Below, piece by piece: positions 16,074-24,533 of a stretch of DNA of 28,298 nucleotides. Source of the stretch: Myxococcota bacterium (lineage in GTDB: Bacteria; Myxococcota; XYA12-FULL-58-9; JALHOP01); the NCBI GenBank assembly GCA_041288095.1, contig JBGGMJ010000038.1, positions 1 to 28,298 on the forward strand. Direction: 5' to 3'. The notes under the pieces were generated by a model that saw nothing but the letters and a program-made list of their open reading frames with translations, was not told where the DNA came from and searched no databases. Numbering within the stretch: position 1 is the stretch's first letter; the number at the start of each line of letters is the position of its first letter. The position numbers and the translations under genes were made by a program.

Positions 16074-17756
16074 TCACTTGGTGGCGAGGACCTGGTGAAT
16101 CTGCGCGACCACGGCAGCGCCTTCACCGACCGCCGCGGCGACCCGCTTGACCGAGCCGGCACGGACGTCGCCGATGGCGAATACCCCGGGGATATTGGTT
16201 TGCAGCGTCCAGGCGGGGTTCTTGCCGTTGCCCGTGCAAACGAAGCCGTTGGCGTCCACCTCGACGTCGCAGCCTTCGAGCCAGTCGGTGTTCGGCTCGG
16301 CGCCGATGAACGAGAAGAGGTGCTTGGTGGCCTGGACGGTCTCGCCGTCCCTGGCCTTCGAGCGCCAAACGACCGCTTCGAGGCCGGTGCTAGGGGTGCC
16401 TTCGAGCCGCGCGACCTCGCAGCCGACGTGGAGCGTGACGTTGGACTGCGCCTGGATGCGGTCGATGAGGTAGCGGGACATGGTGTCCGCGAGCGGCCGG
16501 CGCACCACCATGTGGAGACGGTCGACATGATCGGCGAGGAAGACCGCGGCCTGGCCCGCGGAGTTGCCGCCGCCGACGAGCACGACCTCTTGCTTGGCAC
16601 ATTGGCTCGCTTCGACCTGTGACGCCCAGTAGTAGACGCCACGGCCGTCGAACTGGGTGATGCGTTCGTCGCTGAGCCTGCGGTAGCGGGCACCGCTCGC
16701 GATGACCAACGTGCGGCTCTTCATGGTGAAGCGGTAGTCGCTGCCGTAGCGGACATCGAGCTCGACGGGCGTCGCGAGGCTCCGGTCCGATCCGCCGCAG
16801 CGGATGCTCTTGACCGTGAACGGAATGGCGGTCTCGGCGCCGAACTTGGTGGCTTGGGCGAAAGCGCGGCCCATGAGGGCTTGCCCGGTGATGCCGGTGG
16901 GAAAGCCCAGGTAGTTCTCGATGCGCGCCGATGCCGCGGCCTGGCCCCCGAAGTAGCGGGCGTCGAAGGTGATGACCGACAGGCCTTCCGATGCGGCGTA
17001 GACCGCGGTGGCTAGCCCCGCTGGGCCAGTGCCGACGATGGCGACGTCGTAGAGCTTGGTCTCATCGAGGTCGTCGGCAAGCCCGACCTCGCAGGCGACG
17101 TTCTCCTCGGTCGGCTTCTTCAGCACCGTACCGTCGGGGGTGATCACCATCGGCAGGTCTGCTTCCACGACCTGGAACTGCTGCACGAAGAGGTGGGCGT
17201 CCTGGTTGTCGGGGTCGAGCGTGATGTGCGGATAGCCGTTGCGCTGGAAGAAGGTCTCGAGCTTCGCGACCTCCGGATCGCGCGCGTGGCCGATGAGCAC
17301 CGTGCCGCCCGCGGCGCCCTGGATGAGCGCGACGCGCCGCAGGATGAAGGCGCGCATGATGATCTCACCGAGCTGGGCGTTGCCGATGATGAGCCCGCGC
17401 GCTTGGGCGCTCGTGTAGGGCACGACCTGGCAGCCTTCGGGACCGGCGCGTAGGGCCGCGAGCGAGGCGCGTCCAGAGAGGTGATTGAGCTCGCCGCTGA
17501 ACTGACCGGGACTGTGCGAGACGACGAGCGACTCGGTGCCTAGGGCGTCACGGCGGACGACGTCGAGCGTGCCCTCGAGGATGAGATACATGCCGGCGCC
17601 GTGTGACCCGAGCGCCGCGACCTGCTCACCAGCCGCGTAGTGCGTGGGCTCACCACCGAAGCGACGGGCCGCCTCCATTTGCCGGGCATCGAAGACCGGG
17701 AACATCTGCGGGAGTCGGCTCTCCATCCCCGGTGGCACAGGTACGTGAATCTGCAT
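16074..17756 (-). CDS. cNMP-binding domain / thioredoxin reductase-like FAD-NAD(P)H oxidoreductase
   Basis: Likely ATG at 17756. cNMP-type motifs MYLILEGTL...PGQFSGEL; FAD motif IVGTGPAGL; IENYLGFPTGITG; NADPH motif VGGGNSAG; GVFAIGDVRAGSVKRVAAAVGEG. Confidence 0.92.
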   Translation of the reverse strand: MQIHVPVPPGMESRLPQMFPVFDARQMEAARRFGGEPTHYAAGEQVAALGSHGAGMYLILEGTLDVVRRDALGTESLVVSHSPGQFSGELNHLSGRASLAALRAGPEGCQVVPYTSAQARGLIIGNAQLGEIIMRAFILRRVALIQGAAGGTVLIGHARDPEVAKLETFFQRNGYPHITLDPDNQDAHLFVQQFQVVEADLPMVITPDGTVLKKPTEENVACEVGLADDLDETKLYDVAIVGTGPAGLATAVYAASEGLSVITFDARYFGGQAAASARIENYLGFPTGITGQALMGRAFAQATKFGAETAIPFTVKSIRCGGSDRSLATPVELDVRYGSDYRFTMKSRTLVIASGARYRRLSDERITQFDGRGVYYWASQVEASQCAKQEVVLVGGGNSAGQAAVFLADHVDRLHMVVRRPLADTMSRYLIDRIQAQSNVTLHVGCEVARLEGTPSTGLEAVVWRSKARDGETVQATKHLFSFIGAEPNTDWLEGCDVEVDANGFVCTGNGKNPAWTLQTNIPGVFAIGDVRAGSVKRVAAAVGEGAAVVAQIHQVLATK

Positions 17757-17816
17757 GAGCCGACCCTTGCTCGAGCGGACGCGATCGCGCAAGTCGCTTC
17801 ACCGAGCCAGCGCGCA

Positions 17817-18212
17817 TCAAGCACGCCGGCGCTGACCCTCATTCGCGAGCACGGCGTTGAGCTCTTCGCGGGCACGCACTTGTGCCTGCTGCATCACCCG
17901 CTGGCTCACGCGCTTATTGGCCTCGGAGTTCTCGGCGATGCTGCGGCCCCAGGTTTCGAAGAAGGCCTTCGTGGCTTCGTAGCGGCCGTTGAGCACGGCT
18001 TGCGCGACTTCCGGGGGCAGGTGGCGCCAGAACGCCGCTGACCCGTAGCCGCCGAGGCCGTTTCCGCGGGCATAAACCTCGGCCTGGGCAAGCAGTCGGG
18101 TGTCGCCAAACCCCTCGAGCGCGGCGCGACCCGCGGCGGCGGTGACCGGTTTAGGGGGCGTGGTCGCCGTGGTCGCCGGGCTGGGCTGAACTGTCACTGG
18201 TTCGCGGGCCAT
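17817..18212 (-). CDS. Hypothetical protein (131 aa; Pro/Thr-rich N-terminus, helical C-terminus)
   Basis: Fills the gap between two genes; TAGGTT lies 7 nt before the ATG; no family recognised. Confidence 0.6.
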   Translation of the reverse strand: MAREPVTVQPSPATTATTPPKPVTAAAGRAALEGFGDTRLLAQAEVYARGNGLGGYGSAAFWRHLPPEVAQAVLNGRYEATKAFFETWGRSIAENSEANKRVSQRVMQQAQVRAREELNAVLANEGQRRRA

Positions 18213-18322
18213 AACCTGGAACCTACACCGGATGACCCGGCGTGGTTAGCCTTCCCATTTCCTGGCCCTCCCCCGACGAACCGTCGTACGAATCGGGACC
18301 CATTCCCAGGGAGACGACCAGC

Positions 18323-19567
18323 ATGGCTTGGCGGCCTCGTGCACTGCGTTTACGCACTCTCATCCTCGGGAGCTGCATCGCAGTCTTCCTGGGGTTCGCC
18401 TGTAGCCGGATGGCCGCTGACAGCGAGTCATACGAGCCTCCACCACCTCCCGGGTCGCCGGCGCCGTCCATGGCGGCGGCCCCGATGGAAGACCGGAGGA
18501 TGCAGGAAGAGAGCGTTCGGGGCGGCATTGGGGGCAAGGGCGGTGGGGGCAGCGCCGGCCGCCCGTCGTCCACCGCGAAGAAGACGAAGGCCGATGGCGC
18601 CGACCCACTCGACGCCCTCGACGAGCCCGCGGCCGAAGAGGCTCCCAAGCAGCAGCGCATGGTCCACTATGACGGATCAGTTCAGCTGCGCGTCACCGAC
18701 CCGCGCAAGACCCTGGACGAGGCGGCGGCGATGGCTACCGGCATGGGTGGCTTCGTCGAGCAGCAGAACGAGACCATGGTCATGTTGCGCGTGCCGGTCG
18801 AGCACATCCGCGAGGCCTTCAACAAGCTGCTCGGCTTGGGCGACGTGCTCTCCAAGTCGCTGTCGGCGGCCGACATCACCGATGCGTTCACCGCGACCGA
18901 GCTGCGCTTGAAGACCATGCGCACGAGCCGCGACCGTTTGATCGTCTTGCTCGCCAACGTGAAGGACGAAAACGAGCGCCTGGAGATCTTGGGCCAGATC
19001 CGCCGGCTCACCGAGGAGATCGACGGGCTCGACATGCGCGTGAAGACACTCGCCAAGCTCGCGGCCTTTTCGCGCCTGACGCTGCAAGTGCAGCCGCGCG
19101 AGACCCGAGGCACGACCAAGGCCGACGCCTTGGCGGCTTTCCGCTGGATCGACGATCTCTCGCCGTTCCGCCGCGACATGGCGCAGCAAGGCGCGTTGCT
19201 CAAGCTCAAGGCGCCCGCCGAGATGGTGGTGCTCGACGAGGCTCGTCACTGGGTCGCCGAGAGCGCCGACGGCGCCGTCGTCTGGACCAGCAAGCGCAAG
19301 AACGCGCCGCAAGGTAGCAGCGACTTCTGGGCATCCGCCATCGCGGAGCGCATGCACGATGACTTCGCCCAGACCACGCGCGGCAAGGTTGGTAACTTCG
19401 ACTTCGTGACCTTCGCCGACGGCGGCAGCACGCACTACCGCTACATGGTGGGGGTACGCGCCGATGGCGACTCCCTCGAAGTCATCGAGATCTACTATCC
19501 GACCCCCGAGCACGAGAAGCGCTACGCCCCGGGCGTGAACGCCGTCATCCCTGGAGGTACCTCGTGA
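18323..19567 (+). CDS. DUF4349-like lipoprotein with additional C-terminal domain
   Basis: ATG at 18323 after GGGAG; hydrophobic signal ending FLGFAC; disordered linker; RMVHYDGSVQLRV...GGFVE...LRVP...DITDAFT plus coiled coil typical of DUF4349. Confidence 0.8.
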   Translation: MAWRPRALRLRTLILGSCIAVFLGFACSRMAADSESYEPPPPPGSPAPSMAAAPMEDRRMQEESVRGGIGGKGGGGSAGRPSSTAKKTKADGADPLDALDEPAAEEAPKQQRMVHYDGSVQLRVTDPRKTLDEAAAMATGMGGFVEQQNETMVMLRVPVEHIREAFNKLLGLGDVLSKSLSAADITDAFTATELRLKTMRTSRDRLIVLLANVKDENERLEILGQIRRLTEEIDGLDMRVKTLAKLAAFSRLTLQVQPRETRGTTKADALAAFRWIDDLSPFRRDMAQQGALLKLKAPAEMVVLDEARHWVAESADGAVVWTSKRKNAPQGSSDFWASAIAERMHDDFAQTTRGKVGNFDFVTFADGGSTHYRYMVGVRADGDSLEVIEIYYPTPEHEKRYAPGVNAVIPGGTS

Positions 19568-20160
19568 TCAGCGCCGCTCTCCTCGTGTTGCTCGCCACCG
19601 TCGAGCCCGCTCCGGTGCAGCGTATCGCCGTGCGTGACGCGCTCACCATCAAGGTGGGTGATCGCGACAAGGCCGCCGAGGCGGTGATCGCCGTCGCCGA
19701 GGCCGTAGGCGGTTACTTCACCATGCGCAGCGACACGTACATGCGCCTGCGCATCCCGTCGAAGAAGCAGGCCGAGGTGCTCGCCAAGGTGTCGCAGCTC
19801 GGCCTCGTCGTGCAGCGCTCCCACGCCGCCGACGACTTGACCACCGCGCTCGAAGAGCAACGCACCTTGCTGGCATCGCGGCGCGACGTCTTGCAACGTT
19901 ACTTCGCGGTGCTGCAAACGGCGCGGCCCCAGGCCGTGACCACCGTCGAGCACGAAATGACCTCGCTCATCGCCGAGATCGAAGAGCTCGAAGGCTCGCT
20001 GCGCATGGCCATGCATCAACTGCAATACGCCGAGCTCGAGGTGTCCTTCGAGTTCCGTGACCGCCAAGCCCCGGCGCGCGACGGCTCGTCGTCGTTTCGC
20101 TGGCTCAACTCGATGAACCTCGCTGACCTCATCGGAGACTTCCAATATGGCGTCCGCTAA
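19564..20160 (+). CDS. DUF4349-like exported protein
   Basis: GTGA overlap with the upstream stop; GGAGG SD; hydrophobic N-terminus; GGYF...LRIP...DDLT...EIEELEG pattern. Confidence 0.8.
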   Translation: MISAALLVLLATVEPAPVQRIAVRDALTIKVGDRDKAAEAVIAVAEAVGGYFTMRSDTYMRLRIPSKKQAEVLAKVSQLGLVVQRSHAADDLTTALEEQRTLLASRRDVLQRYFAVLQTARPQAVTTVEHEMTSLIAEIEELEGSLRMAMHQLQYAELEVSFEFRDRQAPARDGSSSFRWLNSMNLADLIGDFQYGVR

Positions 20161-20596
20161 AGCGTTTCTTGCCGCGACGGCGTTGCTGCTCGTCGTCGCT
20201 TGCGATTCCTTCAAGGCGAAGGCGCCCGAGGGCTTCGCGGTCTACGAAGGCAATCGCCCGTTTCGCGCCATGAGCGCCGACGGCGTGGTCTATCGCGTGC
20301 GCACGGTCAACGACTCGACCGACGCGACGCTCGCGTTCTGGCAAGAAGCGTTGAAGAAGCGCATGCTCGACGCGGGCTACGTGTTCCTCCGCGAAGGCGA
20401 GGCCAAGAGCTCGGGGCAGACGGGTTACGTGCTCGAGGTCACCGCTCCTTACGGCGTGCGCGACTACACGTACCTGATGGCCGTGTTCAAGCGCGACAAG
20501 CACCTGGTGCTGGTCGAGTCGAGCGGCGAGGTCGCGACCTTCGAGAAGCGCCGGCCGCAGGTGCTGGAAGCCATCGAAGGGCTCGCCATCAACTAA
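20147..20596 (+). CDS. Small lipoprotein of unknown function
   Basis: Overlaps the upstream gene by 14 nt; GGAG SD; lipobox LVVAC; resembles the C-terminal domain of 18323-19567. Confidence 0.8.
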   Translation: MASAKAFLAATALLLVVACDSFKAKAPEGFAVYEGNRPFRAMSADGVVYRVRTVNDSTDATLAFWQEALKKRMLDAGYVFLREGEAKSSGQTGYVLEVTAPYGVRDYTYLMAVFKRDKHLVLVESSGEVATFEKRRPQVLEAIEGLAIN

Positions 20597-20609
20597 CGTT
20601 TCGGCGCAC

Positions 20610-20634
20610 GAAACAGTTGTTGCCCTTTCGTTTC
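20610..20634. promoter_or_regulatory. Candidate operator GAAAC-N15-GTTTC upstream of the 20703 operon
   Basis: GAAACagttgttgccctttcGTTTC; same arms and spacing as 21948-21972. Confidence 0.55.
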
Positions 20635-20702
20635 TTTTCGCGTCGCGCGCGAAATGCCAAATCACCGGCATCGCAATCACGCGAGCTTCGAAGGGGTTCA
20701 TC

Positions 20703-20969
20703 ATGTGGAAGAGCAGTGTACGTTTCGTATTGGCCGCGGCGAATTTGTTAATCGCCGGTAGCGCCATGGCGGCGGTGGCGCCGGTTGTGGCGACGCCCGA
20801 AGGTAAGATCGAAGCGCTGAACGCGGCCTCGGTCAAAGCGGTCGAGGGTAGCTGGCTCGACGTGCCGACCGAGTGCAAGGCACGCGGCTTCAACGCCGAT
20901 GCCCAGACCGTGGCTTTGAAGGAGCCGCAGCCGCACGTGCGCGACATCTACGCTTCGTTCGGATTTTAG
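20703..20969 (+). CDS. Small secreted protein (88 aa)
   Basis: AAGGGG SD; Sec-type signal peptide ending AMA (residues 1-23); its stop overlaps the AGGA SD of the next gene. Confidence 0.7.
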   Translation: MWKSSVRFVLAAANLLIAGSAMAAVAPVVATPEGKIEALNAASVKAVEGSWLDVPTECKARGFNADAQTVALKEPQPHVRDIYASFGF

Positions 20970-20973
20970 GACC

Positions 20974-21942
20974 ATGGAACCGCAAGTCGTTCAGCTCGCA
21001 CCGGACGAGGTGGCGCATCTTCGCAGTCGCTTCGAGGCACTCCCCGAGATCACGAGCTTTCGTGACATCCCCGAGCTCGCCGCGCGCATTGCCGCTTACG
21101 GCATGTGGCGCGAGGTCGGTACCGTCAACGATGAGCTCGCGCGCTTCATCTTCGATGCCACGACGGGCGAACCGGTCCGCCGTGAATCGTTGCACGCCGA
21201 TCTCGTGGTTTGGAACGAGCTGTTCGGCTTGCGGGTTTCCTCGACGGACAGCGAACGGCTGGAGCTGCGCGCGGCTTCCTTCTACGACGTCGTGCACCCG
21301 ACCCTGTCGGCGAACGGTGACGGCACGCTGCGAGCGCTCTACATCTTCCCCGAGATCGTCGACCGCATTGCCCGCGCCGAAGGCGTCGACTTGGTGCTGG
21401 TCAAACCCTGGGGCATCAACTCGATCTTCGGCGGTTTCGATCCGACCAAGGGCTACTACCAGACCAACTTCTGGGAGATCGAAAACAACGATGTGCTGCG
21501 TTTCGCGGACCTCGTACGCAATGGCAGACTTGCCTTCCTCGGCACGCACGACTTGATCGCGCACATCGCCGGCGTCAACCGGCGAGCCTTCGACGCTTTG
21601 AAGGTGACGGCGGATGGCCTTTATCGCGTCGTCGACGCCTATTTCGGGGGGCGCAAGCCGACGATTGCCGCGTCGATCGTGCCGTACACCGCGGTCGTGG
21701 TGCTCGATGACCTGGCCCAGCCGCCGAGCTACGGCTCCGCGAGCCACTTGCGAGCCCTGCGCGCCCTCGAGACGCAGATCGCCGCGGGCACCATTGTGCC
21801 GGACATGCCGGTGCTGCTCACCAAGTTCCCGCCGAGCTTTCAGAAGGTCATCGTGGCATCGCGCACTCCGGACGCGCCCGGGGTCGAGGCGCTGGTCGAA
21901 TCCATGGTGCACGAGATCGCGGGCGCCTCGCTGCCCGCCTAG
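20974..21942 (+). CDS. Hypothetical protein with HDxxxH and DD putative metal-binding motifs
   Basis: 322 aa with host-like codon use; GTHDLIAHIAG (His codons at 21547 and 21562) and VLDDLAQP; no signal peptide. Confidence 0.8.
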   Translation: MEPQVVQLAPDEVAHLRSRFEALPEITSFRDIPELAARIAAYGMWREVGTVNDELARFIFDATTGEPVRRESLHADLVVWNELFGLRVSSTDSERLELRAASFYDVVHPTLSANGDGTLRALYIFPEIVDRIARAEGVDLVLVKPWGINSIFGGFDPTKGYYQTNFWEIENNDVLRFADLVRNGRLAFLGTHDLIAHIAGVNRRAFDALKVTADGLYRVVDAYFGGRKPTIAASIVPYTAVVVLDDLAQPPSYGSASHLRALRALETQIAAGTIVPDMPVLLTKFPPSFQKVIVASRTPDAPGVEALVESMVHEIAGASLPA

Positions 21943-21947
21943 ATCGC

Positions 21948-21972
21948 GAAACGATAGTGCGACTATTGTTTC
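21948..21972. promoter_or_regulatory. Palindromic operator overlapping the lysR -10 element
   Basis: GAAACGATAGT-GCG-ACTATTGTTTC (10 of 11 bp inverted match) contains TATTGT (21964-21969), 7 nt before the lysR ATG. Confidence 0.65.
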
Positions 21973-21976
21973 TTCC

Positions 21977-22834
21977 ATGGAACTATTCGAGCTGCGCTAT
22001 TTCGTCGCCGTCTCGCGCGTCGAGAACGTTCACCGGGCTTCGCGCGACCTGCACGTGTCGGCGCCGGCGCTGAGCAAGGCCGTGACACGTCTAGAGGCCG
22101 AGCTCGGGGTGAAGTTGTTCGAGCGCCATGGCCGCAACATCCGGCTGACCGATCAAGGCCGCGCCTTCCAGCGCCGCTCGATCGAGATCATCGAGCTCAC
22201 CGAACAAGCCCGCTACGAGGTCGCTGGACGGATCGACACGCTGCACGTGCGCATCGCCGGGCCGGAGGTCCTGCTCGCGAAGATGGGCGCGCCCGTGGTG
22301 GACGACATCAAGAAGCGCTTCCCGGACGCGACCTTCGAGCTCATCGCGGCCACCGAGCCGGACGCCGTGCGCAAGCTCGAGCGCGACGAAGCACACCTCG
22401 CCATCGTCTCCGACGAGGTGTCTTCCAAGACGGTTACGAAGGTCCTGGGTGAGACGCACTTCCGCACCTACGTCGGACGCCGCCATCCGCTCGCTCGCCG
22501 CGCCAAGCGCACCATTCCGGTCACCGAGGTCCTCGAGCACGCCTTCGTCAGCCCCGACCGGCCGATGTTGGGCAAAGTCGGCGCCAAGCAGTCCGTCGAC
22601 GGTTGGCGTGACGACAAGTTTCCGCGCCGTATCGACTACCGAACCACGAGCCTGAAGACCCTCGAAGAGCTGGTGGCGAGCGGCCGCGCCATCGCTTACC
22701 TGCCGAGCTACTTTGGCGACAGCGTCGAGCTCGTGCCGCTGACCATCTCGGGGTGCCCGTACACGTGCGTGCAGCGCATCAGGCTGGTCGCCCGCGCGCC
22801 CATCGTCAGCGGCTGGCTCAATCAATTATTCTAG
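21977..22834 (+). CDS. LysR-family transcriptional regulator
   Basis: True start ATG 21977 (285 aa); MELFELRYFVAV...RASRDLHVSAPALSKAVTRLEAELGVKLFERHGRNIRLTDQG wHTH, followed by a substrate-binding domain. Confidence 0.95.
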   Translation: MELFELRYFVAVSRVENVHRASRDLHVSAPALSKAVTRLEAELGVKLFERHGRNIRLTDQGRAFQRRSIEIIELTEQARYEVAGRIDTLHVRIAGPEVLLAKMGAPVVDDIKKRFPDATFELIAATEPDAVRKLERDEAHLAIVSDEVSSKTVTKVLGETHFRTYVGRRHPLARRAKRTIPVTEVLEHAFVSPDRPMLGKVGAKQSVDGWRDDKFPRRIDYRTTSLKTLEELVASGRAIAYLPSYFGDSVELVPLTISGCPYTCVQRIRLVARAPIVSGWLNQLF

Positions 22835-22869
22835 ACTTGTCGCGCACTTGAAAAAAAGACACAGGCCCG

Positions 22870-22896
22870 TGTCGATTGCCTGTTAGGCCGATCGTC
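22870..22896 (+). promoter_or_regulatory. ECF42-like sigma factor promoter
   Basis: TGTCGA (22870-22875), 17 nt, CGTC (22893-22896), directly upstream of a DGPF/YCII gene. Confidence 0.65.
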
Positions 22897-22919
22897 TTCC
22901 CCGCATGGAGGAACAGAAG

Positions 22920-23651
22920 ATGCGTTACATCATGATGCACAAGAACGACCCACGCAGCGAAGCCGGTGAGCCGCCGGACATGAAGCTCGTCGAGGAGATG
23001 GGGGCGTTCATCGGTGGCTTCGCCAAGCAAGGCAAGCTCGTCGATGGCGCCGGCCTGTTGGGTAGCAAAGCGCGCACGCGCATGACCTTTCGCAACGGCC
23101 AGGCGACCGTCAAACACGGCCCGTACCGTGGTGAGACCGAGCTGCCGGCGGCGATGCTGGTGCTCAAGGTCCAGACGCGCGACGAAGCGGTGCGCTGGGC
23201 GGAGCGCTACGGCAAGATCCTGGGTGACGGCGAGATCGAGCTCGGCAAAGTGACCGAGCCCTGGGACCTCGGCGTCATGCCGGCGCCCCCGAATCCGCCA
23301 TTGCAGATCATGCTCATCGAGAAGGCCGACAAGGAGTCGGAGACCGGCGGCCGCAGCCCCCAGAAGAAGGCGGCGCTCACCCGCTTGAAGACCGAAATGA
23401 CCGAAGCCGGCGTCTTCGTGAAGGCGTTGCGCATCAAGTCGAGCGCCGAGGGCAAGCGTCTCTTCTTCAAGGACAACAATCTGCGCTCCCTCGATGGGCC
23501 GTTCGCGGAGTCGAAGGAGCTGATCGGCGGCTTCGCGGTCCTGGACCTCTCGGGCATGGATGAAGCCATCTCCCTCGCCAAGCGCTACGCCGAGATCTTG
23601 GGCGGCACGCTCGAGATGGACATTCGTCCCATCGACATGAGCGAGGCCTGA
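22920..23651 (+). CDS. YciI/DGPF family protein with two YCII domains
   Basis: ATG 22920 after GGAGG (alternative 22905); domain 1 HGPYRGETEL...AERYGKILG; domain 2 DGPFAESKELIGGF...AKRYAEILG. Confidence 0.88.
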   Translation: MRYIMMHKNDPRSEAGEPPDMKLVEEMGAFIGGFAKQGKLVDGAGLLGSKARTRMTFRNGQATVKHGPYRGETELPAAMLVLKVQTRDEAVRWAERYGKILGDGEIELGKVTEPWDLGVMPAPPNPPLQIMLIEKADKESETGGRSPQKKAALTRLKTEMTEAGVFVKALRIKSSAEGKRLFFKDNNLRSLDGPFAESKELIGGFAVLDLSGMDEAISLAKRYAEILGGTLEMDIRPIDMSEA

Positions 23652-23679
23652 CGTAGGGGTGTCGTTCGCGCCGGCAAGG

Positions 23680-24516
23680 TCATTGCTGCTCCGGCGGGCC
23701 CGGCGCGAACATCACCACCAGCAGAAGCGCCATGAGAGACAGCGCCACGAGTAGCGTCGTGCCCACCGCCAGCGTGAGCCACAGCAGTCGGTGAGCGCGC
23801 GCCAGCGGTAACAGGGTATCGGGCTCGGGCTTGGCGATGAAGGCGGCGAGCGGCGCTGCTTGTCGCCACAGCAGCCAGGTGTATGCGCCCCCCAATGGGA
23901 CGATCACGGCAGCGGCGCCGAGCGCCCGCTGCGCGCCGTGCATGCCTTGCTCGAAAACCATCAGCATCGTGAAGGCAATGCTCGCCGCGATGACGAGGCG
24001 CAGGACGTTCATGAGTCGGCGGCCTTCGCCCTTGGCGCCATCGGCCAGCGCGTCCGCGAAAACGAGCGAGCTCATGGCGGTGAGCGCGCCGGCCCCGGAC
24101 AGCACGGAGGTGCCGAACGATACGAGATAGAGCATGAGTGAGGCGAGCCACGAGTGCCGCAGCCCGGCGAGCATCGCGACGACGCTACCGAGATCGGGTT
24201 TGCGTCGAGCGTCGTCGATACGCGAAGCAAGCTGCCAATGCGCGGCACCGTGGGCAATGTACGCTATCGCGATTGGCATGGCCAAGACGCCGAGGTCGCC
24301 GGCGTAGGGCCCACCCGTCGTGCCGACTGCGATCGCCATGAACGCCGCCCCGATGCCGCAGAGTATCGCGACCACCGCGAGCCAGCGGATGATGCCCTTG
24401 GTTGCAACGAAGCCGCGGAGGGCTTCAGCGAACCCGTCGAGCGGCGCCTCGGCGAGCAACGGCGCGCGCGGAGCCTCGTACGGATTCGTGCCATCCATCA
24501 GGGGTCGATGAAACAC
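23680..24516 (-). CDS. Multi-pass membrane protein with two related halves (DUF5362-like)
   Basis: N-terminal NPYEAP; about six hydrophobic segments; halves share W[QR]xAxx[IL]xx...KP[DE]...W. Start may be ATG 24498. Family name is tentative. Confidence 0.7.
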   Translation of the reverse strand: MFHRPLMDGTNPYEAPRAPLLAEAPLDGFAEALRGFVATKGIIRWLAVVAILCGIGAAFMAIAVGTTGGPYAGDLGVLAMPIAIAYIAHGAAHWQLASRIDDARRKPDLGSVVAMLAGLRHSWLASLMLYLVSFGTSVLSGAGALTAMSSLVFADALADGAKGEGRRLMNVLRLVIAASIAFTMLMVFEQGMHGAQRALGAAAVIVPLGGAYTWLLWRQAAPLAAFIAKPEPDTLLPLARAHRLLWLTLAVGTTLLVALSLMALLLVVMFAPGPPEQQ

Positions 24517-24533
24517 AGGAACCGCGCGGCGGT

